From an uncultured Bdellovibrionales bacterium (GTDB taxonomy: Bacteria > Patescibacteriota > Minisyncoccia > Moranbacterales > UBA1568), in NCBI GenBank assembly GCA_964384235.1, contig CAYLJX010000001.1, positions 86,792-150,791 on the forward strand: a stretch of 64,000 nucleotides of DNA. The letters are read 5' to 3'. The translations under genes were made by a program, and so were the position numbers. Positions 54,953 to 62,947 of the stretch are shown one piece after another. How positions within the stretch are numbered: position 1 is the first letter of the stretch; every line of letters starts with the position of its first letter. A model generated the notes under the pieces. It was not told the DNA's origin. It worked only from the letters and a program-made list of their open reading frames with translations, and ran no database searches.

Positions 54953-56080
54953 ATGTTGCGACTCATCTGTATTTTGCTGTTCTGTTTTGCTTCTGCTGTC
55001 TATGCAGCCGAGGATCCAAACGACACCTACTTGCACCGGACAGACTGTCCAGCAGTTGGGCCGTCAAAACCTACAGATACATCTTCCAACTTCTTCAAGT
55101 GCCAATGCACCTCGTACGTGGCCCATAAGTTGAATGAAAAGTGGGGGAATAGCAACCCGCGCTTCACGAATCAGTACTACGGATTTAGCGCATGGAGCGA
55201 TGCTTGGAAGTGGCTCGGCCGAGCCAGAGACGCCGAAATAGGTGTCACTGGTGGCAGGGACAACTTCACCTGGGATGTGCCAAGCTACAATGCAATTTTT
55301 CCCGGGGATGTAGCCTTATGGGAAGTGCATAGTGGCGGCTATTCGGCCGGGCACGTTGCCTACGTCGAGGCTGCTGGAGCCGATACAAGTGGCAATGGTG
55401 TTGCTTGGGTGACAGTCTCTGAATATAACATCACATCGTTTGAGTTCAGTCGACGCACTCTCTACAAGAGCCAGCATCCTAACCCTCGATTCCCTGACTA
55501 CTTCCTTCACATCGATAAAGACCGTGCTTACTGTCTTGCTAATCCATCCGTCGGTAACTGCCCGAGTCTTATTGCTGGGCAGCAAGTGGCGAACGGACCC
55601 GGAAGCAAAGTAAGTGGTATCGGTGGCAGTTCCGACACCTTCAACCTCAAGCTGGATTACGATATCATCGATCCGGTGACGGGGAATGAGTATCAGGCTG
55701 GGGCGGTCACACTCAAAGCCGGTCAGAACCTCAAGCACCAGGTCAAGGTCAAGGCCGAGAACGGTAACGCGGCAGCACACATGCGTCCCGGGAAGGACAA
55801 GATCGAGATCGACTACTACGTCAGGGTCGGCTTAGGAGAATGGACGTGGTTTCATCGCGGGTACATTACGGCCGACAAACTTACCAATGGCAACACCATT
55901 CAGGAAAGTGCCTATGCGACGCTCCCACAAGGAGCTTCGGAGGTCTCGTTCAAGGTGAAAATCGACGCTGAGGACGAAGCGTATGAATCCAACGAAGGCG
56001 ACAACTGGTCCCGGATCGAGACGTTCCAGGTGTTTGATCCAGCCTGGCTTGTTCCGATCATCAATCTCATTCTCAACTAA
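54953..56080 (+). CDS. Secreted CHAP-domain (cysteine/histidine amidohydrolase-peptidase) protein with a C-terminal beta-rich domain
   Basis: Signal peptide 'MLRLICILLFCFASAVYA'. CHAP Cys box 'FKCQCTSYVAHKL' and His box 'GYSAGHVAYVE'. Confidence 0.6.
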   Translation: MLRLICILLFCFASAVYAAEDPNDTYLHRTDCPAVGPSKPTDTSSNFFKCQCTSYVAHKLNEKWGNSNPRFTNQYYGFSAWSDAWKWLGRARDAEIGVTGGRDNFTWDVPSYNAIFPGDVALWEVHSGGYSAGHVAYVEAAGADTSGNGVAWVTVSEYNITSFEFSRRTLYKSQHPNPRFPDYFLHIDKDRAYCLANPSVGNCPSLIAGQQVANGPGSKVSGIGGSSDTFNLKLDYDIIDPVTGNEYQAGAVTLKAGQNLKHQVKVKAENGNAAAHMRPGKDKIEIDYYVRVGLGEWTWFHRGYITADKLTNGNTIQESAYATLPQGASEVSFKVKIDAEDEAYESNEGDNWSRIETFQVFDPAWLVPIINLILN

Positions 56081-56091
56081 CTGAAGGAGAA

Positions 56092-56433
56092 GTGAACATG
56101 AAAACGAAGACACTTGCAAAGGCTCTCATGGCCATGGTTCTGGTGCCTACGGTGGTCTATGCCTACGACTGGAGTGTTGGTGGTGCGGCGGTCACGATAC
56201 TCGAACCGTCGTACATGCCGGGACATATCGCTTTTCAGATTGACAAGGGCAGTGCCGCTTGTCCGTCTGGGACATGGCTGGTGTATTTCGGTCAAGGATC
56301 GACTACTGAGACGCAACAGCAGAATGCGCGTGTAACGTATGCCACGCTGATGTCGGCTATGCTGTCCGGAAAGAAGGTTAGCATCTACGGGGCGAACAAT
56401 TGCTACACCGACCACGTCCATTTGCTTCCGTGA
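56092..56433 (+). CDS. Small secreted Cys-containing protein (113 aa), paralog A
   Basis: Signal peptide 'MKTKTLAKALMAMVLVPTVVYA'. Shares '...SGKKVSIYG...C' with the next ORF. Confidence 0.5.
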   Translation: MNMKTKTLAKALMAMVLVPTVVYAYDWSVGGAAVTILEPSYMPGHIAFQIDKGSAACPSGTWLVYFGQGSTTETQQQNARVTYATLMSAMLSGKKVSIYGANNCYTDHVHLLP

Positions 56434-56498
56434 CGGACAATCGGATGGTTACCGTTCTGGCTTGTCCCATTGCTGTAAATGAAAGAGAGGAAAGTGGA

Positions 56499-56846
56499 AT
56501 GAGAAAGCTTGCAATGGCAGTGTCGATGCTCTGTAGTGCGATGTTCTGTGGTACGGCTTCCGCCGACCTTCCGGGTGACTGGAGCGGCGCGGTCACTATC
56601 ACCGCGATCAATATGGGTGGCACGGGCGAGTTCGTCATCGTCGCTCCCAATGCCCCCAATCCAGGCAGTTGCGGTGGCTACTACCGGGTGTACTTCAACT
56701 CGACCATGGGCGTTACCACCAACTTCGGACTCGAGATGTTTCACAAGCAGGCGGCATCGGCGCTGGTGAGCGGCAAGAAAGCCTCGATATTCCGAACGAA
56801 CGACACCTACTGCTACGTCGGCTATATCCAACTGAACAGCAACTGA
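56499..56846 (+). CDS. Small secreted Cys-containing protein (115 aa), paralog B
   Basis: RBS 'gagaggaaagtggaATG', signal peptide 'MRKLAMAVSMLCSAMFCGTASA'. Shares 'G.C...Y..VYF...', 'SGKKASIF' and '..C' with paralog A. Confidence 0.5.
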   Translation: MRKLAMAVSMLCSAMFCGTASADLPGDWSGAVTITAINMGGTGEFVIVAPNAPNPGSCGGYYRVYFNSTMGVTTNFGLEMFHKQAASALVSGKKASIFRTNDTYCYVGYIQLNSN

Positions 56847-56862
56847 TGACATCTGATCATCA

Positions 56863-56900
56863 CCGGGAGTCCTTATGCGAGGGCTCCCGTTTTCTTTTTA
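56863..56900 (+). terminator. Rho-independent terminator
   Basis: 'cgggagtccttatgcgagggctcccg' followed by 'ttttcttttt'. Confidence 0.6.
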
Positions 56901-56914
56901 TACAGCCAATTTTC

Positions 56915-56923
56915 TGATACACT
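56915..56923 (+). promoter_or_regulatory. Extended -10 promoter (TGaTACACT) 7 nt before the ATG, giving a leaderless transcript
   Basis: Same 14-mer 'tctgatacactgaa' as at 30557. Confidence 0.4.
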
Positions 56924-56929
56924 GAAGAC

Positions 56930-58045
56930 ATGAAAATCGCGTTGGTGCATGACTATCTGGTGCAGTACGGGGGAGCGGAGCGGGTGCTCGAGGCCTTCAC
57001 CGAACTTTTTCCCTATGCCCCGATCTATACCCTCATCCATGACAAGGACGCCATGCACGGCGCCTTCGAGGACAAGCTGATCTATACGTCCTTCCTCCAG
57101 AACATGCCGCTCGCGCGTCGGAACCACCGTCTCTTCCCACCCCTGATGCCCTTGGCCATCGAACAGTTCGACTTCAGCAAGTATGATGTCGTTCTCTCCG
57201 ATTCGTCGAGCTATGCCAAGGGGATCATCACCCGGCCCGAGACGCTCCATATCTGCTACATGCACACGCCGATGCGCTACGCCTGGGACGACTGCCAGAA
57301 ATACACTTCGGATTTCGGTTTTCCTGCGTTCGTCAAGAAGTTCGTGCCGTTCTTCATGAACCCTATCCGTCTTTGGGACAAGGCGAGCGCCGACCGGGTG
57401 GACCGCTTCCTCGCCAACTCGCAGTTCGTGGCCAAGCGTATCCGAAAGTACTACCGGAAAGACGCCCTTGTGATCCATCCGCCGGTGAACGTCGAGCGTT
57501 TTTATATCGCCAAGCCGGAGGATCGTAAGAATTACTTCCTCATGGTGGGCCGTCTCATCGCCTACAAGCGTCACGACATCGCCATCGAAGCCTTCAATCG
57601 TCTCAAGCTGCCCCTCAAGATCATCGGGCGCGGGCCGGAGTACGATCGATTGAAAAAGATGGCCGGACCGACGATAGAATTTCTCGGGCGTGTGCCTGAA
57701 GAGGATCTGCCGAAACATTATGCCGAGTGCCGGGGTGTAGTCTTTCCTCAGGAGGAAGATTTCGGTATCGTGGCGATCGAGGCGCTGAGCTCGGGGCGGC
57801 CGCTCATCGCCTATCGGGGCGGGGACATCGTCGAGCATATGGAGGAGGGAAAAACCGGGGTATTGTTTGACGAGCAGACTCCCGAGGCGATCATCTCGGC
57901 AGTGGGGCGATTTCAAGACGATGCATATGATCCGGAATATATCCGAACAAAAGCGCTTGCCTTTGACAAAGAGCGTTTCAAGGCTACAATGAAGGACTAT
58001 GTGGAAAAGGCCCTGGAAGAGCATTTAAGACAGAGACTCTCGTAG
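56930..58045 (+). CDS. GT4-family glycosyltransferase
   Basis: 'MKIALVHDYLVQYGGAERVLE', 'FLMVGRLIAYKRHDIAIEAF', 'VVFPQEEDFGIVAIEALSSGRPLIA'. Confidence 0.85.
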   Translation: MKIALVHDYLVQYGGAERVLEAFTELFPYAPIYTLIHDKDAMHGAFEDKLIYTSFLQNMPLARRNHRLFPPLMPLAIEQFDFSKYDVVLSDSSSYAKGIITRPETLHICYMHTPMRYAWDDCQKYTSDFGFPAFVKKFVPFFMNPIRLWDKASADRVDRFLANSQFVAKRIRKYYRKDALVIHPPVNVERFYIAKPEDRKNYFLMVGRLIAYKRHDIAIEAFNRLKLPLKIIGRGPEYDRLKKMAGPTIEFLGRVPEEDLPKHYAECRGVVFPQEEDFGIVAIEALSSGRPLIAYRGGDIVEHMEEGKTGVLFDEQTPEAIISAVGRFQDDAYDPEYIRTKALAFDKERFKATMKDYVEKALEEHLRQRLS

Positions 58046-58048
58046 ATT

Positions 58049-58666
58049 ATGGAACTGAAAGAATTCATCGCTCTCTTTAGGAAGCAGAAAATGCTGTTCA
58101 TCGGTATCGTGCTTTTTGTTCTGGTAGGGGCTTTCGTCTGGCAGCGCAGTCAGCCGGTGTCCTATCAGGCGACGCTCCTTCTCAACGTCGGACGTTCCGG
58201 TGCGCAGGAGACGACCGACTATACGTATGACAGCTTCTATCGTCTCCAGGCCGACGAGCGGTTCGCTGATACGGTGGTCCGGTGGCTGGGGAGTCCGCGG
58301 GTCGTGGAGGATATCTATGCCGAGGCGCGTCTCGATCCCGGATCGATCGGTACCCGCGATCTCAAGAGTGTCTTTCGGGCTGGGAGACTTTCGTCCCAGA
58401 TGATTGAAGTAAACTTCACGGGGAGGAGTGAAAAGACGGTACGCGCCCTCTCAGACTCGTCCGCGACGGTGCTCAACCGCTACGCCGAGAGTCTCAACCG
58501 TGACAATCAGGAAAAGAACTGGTTCGTCATCATCGGAAGCGATCCGGTGATCCGGGATGGTCGGGTCAATCTGTCGCTCTCGCTCCTTGTCGGACTGCTC
58601 GCAGGTTTCTTCATCGCGTTCTGGGCAGTGCTCATCAGACATTACTTTTCTTCAGAAACAGAATGA
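58049..58666 (+). CDS. Wzz/polysaccharide co-polymerase-like (chain-length determinant) protein
   Basis: N- and C-terminal TM helices flank a ~150-aa periplasmic domain. N-terminal 'FIALFRKQKMLFIGIVLFVLVGAF' is typical of Wzz/Cap5A. Lies between two GT4 genes. Confidence 0.5.
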   Translation: MELKEFIALFRKQKMLFIGIVLFVLVGAFVWQRSQPVSYQATLLLNVGRSGAQETTDYTYDSFYRLQADERFADTVVRWLGSPRVVEDIYAEARLDPGSIGTRDLKSVFRAGRLSSQMIEVNFTGRSEKTVRALSDSSATVLNRYAESLNRDNQEKNWFVIIGSDPVIRDGRVNLSLSLLVGLLAGFFIAFWAVLIRHYFSSETE

Positions 58667-59817
58667 GGATCGGAATCGACGTACGGTGTCTGGCGGAGGG
58701 CAAGCGGACGGGAGTGGAGGAATATACACTCAATCTCCTGAGTGAGCTTTTCGAGCACGACCGGGACAACGAGTACATCCTCTTTTTCAACGCGTGGAAG
58801 CGCTCGGTACCCGATTTTTCCTGGGCGACCAGGTATCCCAACGTCACGCTCAAGACGTTTCGCTTTCCCAATAAACTCCTCAATCTGTGTCTGTGGTACC
58901 TTCGTTTCCCGAAACTCGATCGATTGGTCGGAGGAACGGACGTTTTTTTTCTTCCCAATCTCAATTTTTCGGCCGTCTCAAAAAAGACCAAGCTCGTCGT
59001 CACGGCCCATGACCTTTCCTTCGAGCTTTTTCCGGAAACGTTCTCTTGGAAGCAGCGGCTGTGGCACTACCTCGTTAATTTCCGCGGACTGCTGCGTAGA
59101 GCAGATCGGATCATCGCGGTCTCCCGATCGACCAAGGACGATCTCGTGGCTGAGTATGGAATTTCGGAAAAGAAGATAGCGGTCATTCATAGCGGGATCG
59201 GGGAGCAATTCCGGCCGTTCAGCCGCAACGATCCGGCACTGCTTGCCGTCAAGGAAAAGTACCGTCTCCCGTACCGGTTCATCCTGTATCTGGGAACATT
59301 CGAACCGAGAAAAAACATCCTCTCCATCGTGCAGGCCTATGAAGCCCTTCGGTCCGCCAAGCATCCGTCGCTTGAAAAACTGGCTCTCGTCCTAGCCGGT
59401 GGAACGGGATGGAAGGATACCCCGCTTCTTGAGGCGATAGGACAGTCTCCGTACAAAGACAGTATTCTTCTTCCTGGATTCATCGAGGATGAGGATAAGG
59501 CGGCTCTGTACAATCTGGCGGGCGTGTTCGTCTATCCGTCGTTCTACGAGGGTTTCGGATTTCCGCCGCTCGAGGCTCTGGCCTGTGATGTGCCGGTCAT
59601 CACGTCGCACTCGTCATCGCTTCCGGAAGTGGTCGGGGATGCTGGCGTGCTCATCGACCCGTACCAACCGGAGGAACTTCGTCTGGCTTTGGAGAAAGTG
59701 CTTTTGGAAGAAGGGTTTGGTGATCGGCTTCGTGAAAAGGGATCGGAGCGCGTGAAACTCTTTTCTTGGAAAAAAACAGCAGAGTTGACAAAAAACGTGT
59801 TCCATTCTCTCGCATGA
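58663..59817 (+). CDS. GT4-family glycosyltransferase
   Basis: 'ILYLGTFEPRKNILSIVQAYE', 'VFVYPSFYEGFGFPPLEALACDVPVITS'. Confidence 0.85.
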   Translation: MRIGIDVRCLAEGKRTGVEEYTLNLLSELFEHDRDNEYILFFNAWKRSVPDFSWATRYPNVTLKTFRFPNKLLNLCLWYLRFPKLDRLVGGTDVFFLPNLNFSAVSKKTKLVVTAHDLSFELFPETFSWKQRLWHYLVNFRGLLRRADRIIAVSRSTKDDLVAEYGISEKKIAVIHSGIGEQFRPFSRNDPALLAVKEKYRLPYRFILYLGTFEPRKNILSIVQAYEALRSAKHPSLEKLALVLAGGTGWKDTPLLEAIGQSPYKDSILLPGFIEDEDKAALYNLAGVFVYPSFYEGFGFPPLEALACDVPVITSHSSSLPEVVGDAGVLIDPYQPEELRLALEKVLLEEGFGDRLREKGSERVKLFSWKKTAELTKNVFHSLA

Positions 59818-59983
59818 TGGTATATATTGGAAACAGCAAGGAACGGATCAGGTCAAATCTGTTTCCTTAGACGTAAGAAATAAAAAAAAAATAACGGGCA
59901 TCGCCCGATTTTACCGTCACTTCGCTCGGAAACGAAAATAAACTTTCGTTTCGCTCGCTGCGTTCGGTAATAAAACAAATAAT

Positions 59984-61399
59984 ATGACGAAAACAAAAAC
60001 AAAGGAAAAGCGTCTGAGCATGCTCTCGGCGCTGATGATCGTTTTTCTGTCGTTCGGCGCGTTCGTCGCCGCGGCTTCTATCGTGAGTAAGAATCAGTCA
60101 GGGACGACACTTTTCTCGCTTGCAAGCGATGGAGAGGATGATGATGACGATGAAGAGGATGACGATGAGGACGAGGACGATGATGAAGATAAAGACGAGG
60201 ATGAGGACGATGATAAGGCTGAAAAGGAAGCCAAGAAGAAGGCTGAAAAGGAACGCGAGGCTGCCAAGAAAAAATTAGAGAAGGAACGTGAGGCCGCCAA
60301 GAAGAAAGCCGAATGGGAGCGGGAGGCCGCCAAGAAGCAGACTGAGCTTCTGAAAGCGGGTTCTTCTTCGGAAATGGAAGTCGAAGGTGATGAACTTGAA
60401 GACGTGGACGAAGCGGAAGATGAGGATGAGAACGAGGGTGGCGACCACGGTATGTTCAAGGACCGCTTGAAGACGATCGAGAAGCTTCAAAAAAGGATAG
60501 CGGAGGCCGAGAAAGAGATCGCCGAGAAGCAGGCCGAAGGAGTGGACGTATCGGCAGCCCTTGCCCGTCTCGCTTCGGCCAAGGCTGCTGTCACGGGTGT
60601 CGAAGGGGCGTTTGATGCGAGCAATCTCGATGAAGTGAAGCGTTTGAGTCTGGAGGCTCAGAAGCTCGCGCACTTTGCCAAGGAAAAAGATCTCCATGAT
60701 GCCAAGGAAGTGGCCAAGGATACCCAAAAGGTAGGGAAGCGCATCGCTCAGGTCAAGGAGAAACTCGCGAAGCTCAAAGCTCTCGGAGGCGACGCGACTT
60801 CCTTTGACTCGCAGCTTGCGGCGGTGGAACAGTCGTTTGCCGATGCCAAGATGCTCATCAGTCAGGGAGGGACGGATCTCACGAACGGTCTCGCGATGCT
60901 TGAGAGTGCGGAACGGGCGGCCAAGAATCTCAAGGACAACATCGAAAGCGCCATCCTGGCGCTCGGTGGCGAGGATGACGAGTTGGATGACGACCACAAG
61001 AGCGAGGTAGCGTTGTTCGTGGAGCGTCTGCATGAGATCGCGGACATCGAGGAAGGCGGTATCGGGGCACAGGTGCGCGAAGTGGCCAAGGCTCAGAACG
61101 CTTCGGCCGAGAAGGTGAGTGTGCTCATGAACGATACCGAGGAAAGGGGTGATGTGGCGGAATTCGTCCTCGGACCGAATTACGACGATCTGGACGATAT
61201 CAAGGAAGAAATCGCTGCTAATAGCGTGCGCATCGATATCCTCACCCGTGCCGCGGCGCAGGTGGAGGACGCGGACGTGCAGACGATGCTCGCCGAGCAG
61301 GCGGAAGCCCTCCGTCAGGAGAACCTGAAGCTCCAGAACTTCGTCGACTCCAAGACGGAACAAGCGAGCCTCTTCGGTTGGTTCCTCCAGTTGTTCTAA
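59984..61399 (+). CDS. Membrane-anchored/secreted poly-acidic coiled-coil protein (D/E tract, 'EKEREAAKKK' repeats, long alpha-helical region)
   Basis: Signal anchor 'LSMLSALMIVFLSFGAFVAAASIV'. Then about 45 consecutive D/E, three K/E repeats, and ~350 aa with heptad-like periodicity. Confidence 0.55.
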   Translation: MTKTKTKEKRLSMLSALMIVFLSFGAFVAAASIVSKNQSGTTLFSLASDGEDDDDDEEDDDEDEDDDEDKDEDEDDDKAEKEAKKKAEKEREAAKKKLEKEREAAKKKAEWEREAAKKQTELLKAGSSSEMEVEGDELEDVDEAEDEDENEGGDHGMFKDRLKTIEKLQKRIAEAEKEIAEKQAEGVDVSAALARLASAKAAVTGVEGAFDASNLDEVKRLSLEAQKLAHFAKEKDLHDAKEVAKDTQKVGKRIAQVKEKLAKLKALGGDATSFDSQLAAVEQSFADAKMLISQGGTDLTNGLAMLESAERAAKNLKDNIESAILALGGEDDELDDDHKSEVALFVERLHEIADIEEGGIGAQVREVAKAQNASAEKVSVLMNDTEERGDVAEFVLGPNYDDLDDIKEEIAANSVRIDILTRAAAQVEDADVQTMLAEQAEALRQENLKLQNFVDSKTEQASLFGWFLQLF

Positions 61400-61426
61400 G
61401 ACAGAGGACAAAGGCGGAAATTTTCG

Positions 61427-61462
61427 ACCCAGCATCTCACGAGGTGCTGGGTTTCGTTTTTT
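61427..61462 (+). terminator. Rho-independent terminator
   Basis: 'cccagcatctcacgaggtgctggg' followed by 'tttcgttttttt'. Confidence 0.6.
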
Positions 61463-61575
61463 TGTGAAATTTTCTTTTTCGTGTATGCTTGAGAGGCACT
61501 AGGGGGACTCTCGTTTCTTAACAACAAGGGTCTTTTTTTGTTGGTTCAAATCCTTTCTCGGAAGGGGAATAAAAC

Positions 61576-62859
61576 ATGTCTGCAACAGATGCCTTTATCA
61601 GATTTTCACAACCGCTTGACGCATTCGCTGACCGATGCAGGGCGAAGCATGTTTACAACTATCCATACACGCTGGTAGGTACCGCGCTCGGTACCAAAGT
61701 CCGTATCCGTGAGAAACCCGGAGTTTTTACGCCGTACTTCGGTCTAGACTATCTTGGAATCGGCCAGCATCCGGACCTTATCGATGCGTACAGGGAGAGC
61801 ATTTCGGAGTACGGAACAGGCAAGGCTTGTTCTCGGACCGTCACGGAATCGGAAGCGCATCAGGGACTTGAAGGAGACCTGGCGGATTTCAAACGGGCTG
61901 AGAGTTGCGTACTGGCAAATACTGGATATGGTGCCAACGTCATGCTTCTCTCTTTGTTGTTCGGTCCTATGGACGCGCTGGGAGCACGTTTCACGGAAAA
62001 GCGAAAGATCGAGGTGTTTGTCGATCGGCTTTCTCACAAGTCGCTCCTCGACACTTTGACTACGCTTCAGGCGCGGAAGAGCGGCACGATCGAATTGGAA
62101 GTGCGGAAGTACGATCATCTCGATTATGTCGCGCTCGAAGAGCTGATGGAAAAGACGAAGAATGATGATGTCTTTCGTTTTATCGTCGGAGACAGTCTCT
62201 ATTCCATGAACGGCGACTTCGCAGATGTGGAGAAACTGCTTTTACTCGCCAAAAAGTACGATGCTTTTCTCGTGCTCGATAACGCGCACAGCGACGGCGT
62301 GTACGGTCCGGAGGGAAGGGGATGTGTGGAAGCGGCCGGCATCACGGATCCGGAAGACCTGAGACGTATTTTCCAGACCGGAACGCTTTCCAAGGCGTTC
62401 GCAGGTATCGGAGGACATGCCACCATGTTTCCGAGTTTGGCGGAACTCGCCCGCGTCTCGCACAATCCTTATATCTTTTCCGTGGCACTACCGAGTTTCC
62501 AAGTGGCGGCAAAACGGAAGGGGCTTCGGCTTGTCCGTGGACCGATAGGAGATGCCAGACGGAAGAGACTCGTCGAGAGTTCGGAAACGCTACGGAACGA
62601 GTTCAGGACCGCAGGCTTCAATATCCTCGGGTCGCAGTCGCACATCATTCCGGTTGTCATCGGTAAAGGACCGACGTGTCTCTCGGTGCAGGAATATCTC
62701 GTCGATGAGTGGAAATTGCTTCTCCCTGCCATCCGCTTTCCGGCGGTCGGCAGAAACGAGGCGCTTCTCCGGATTTCGTGGTCGGCTCTGCATACGGATG
62801 ACGATCTTGAACGGCTGGTGAACGGACTGAGAAAGGCCCGCGACAAGTTCAGGTTCTGA
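61576..62859 (+). CDS. PLP-dependent alpha-oxoamine synthase family enzyme (BioF/KBL/serine-palmitoyltransferase-like)
   Basis: 'NTGYGANVMLLSLLFGP', 'LVLDNAHSDGVYGPEGRG', PLP-lysine motif 'GTLSKAFAGIGGH'. Confidence 0.75.
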   Translation: MSATDAFIRFSQPLDAFADRCRAKHVYNYPYTLVGTALGTKVRIREKPGVFTPYFGLDYLGIGQHPDLIDAYRESISEYGTGKACSRTVTESEAHQGLEGDLADFKRAESCVLANTGYGANVMLLSLLFGPMDALGARFTEKRKIEVFVDRLSHKSLLDTLTTLQARKSGTIELEVRKYDHLDYVALEELMEKTKNDDVFRFIVGDSLYSMNGDFADVEKLLLLAKKYDAFLVLDNAHSDGVYGPEGRGCVEAAGITDPEDLRRIFQTGTLSKAFAGIGGHATMFPSLAELARVSHNPYIFSVALPSFQVAAKRKGLRLVRGPIGDARRKRLVESSETLRNEFRTAGFNILGSQSHIIPVVIGKGPTCLSVQEYLVDEWKLLLPAIRFPAVGRNEALLRISWSALHTDDDLERLVNGLRKARDKFRF

Positions 62860-62878
62860 CGATCCTGCCTGGTTCTTC

Positions 62879-62936
62879 TGGGATGTGTCGTATTCATGGT
62901 ACAATGTACCTGTTACGCGACACATCCTTTTTGTTT
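62879..62936 (+). terminator. Terminator hairpin (10-bp stem, large loop) followed by a T-run
   Basis: 'ggatgtgtcg...cgacacatcc' followed by 'tttttgttt'. Confidence 0.45.
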
Positions 62937-62947
62937 AGAACCAAAGT

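Noticed and set aside
59826-59980. Hairpins 'ggaaacag...ctgtttcc', 'cgggcatcgcccg' and 'cgaaacgaaa...tttcgtttcg' upstream of the acidic protein
   Set aside because: None is followed by a convincing T-run on either strand, so I could not call terminators or an attenuator with confidence. Left unannotated.
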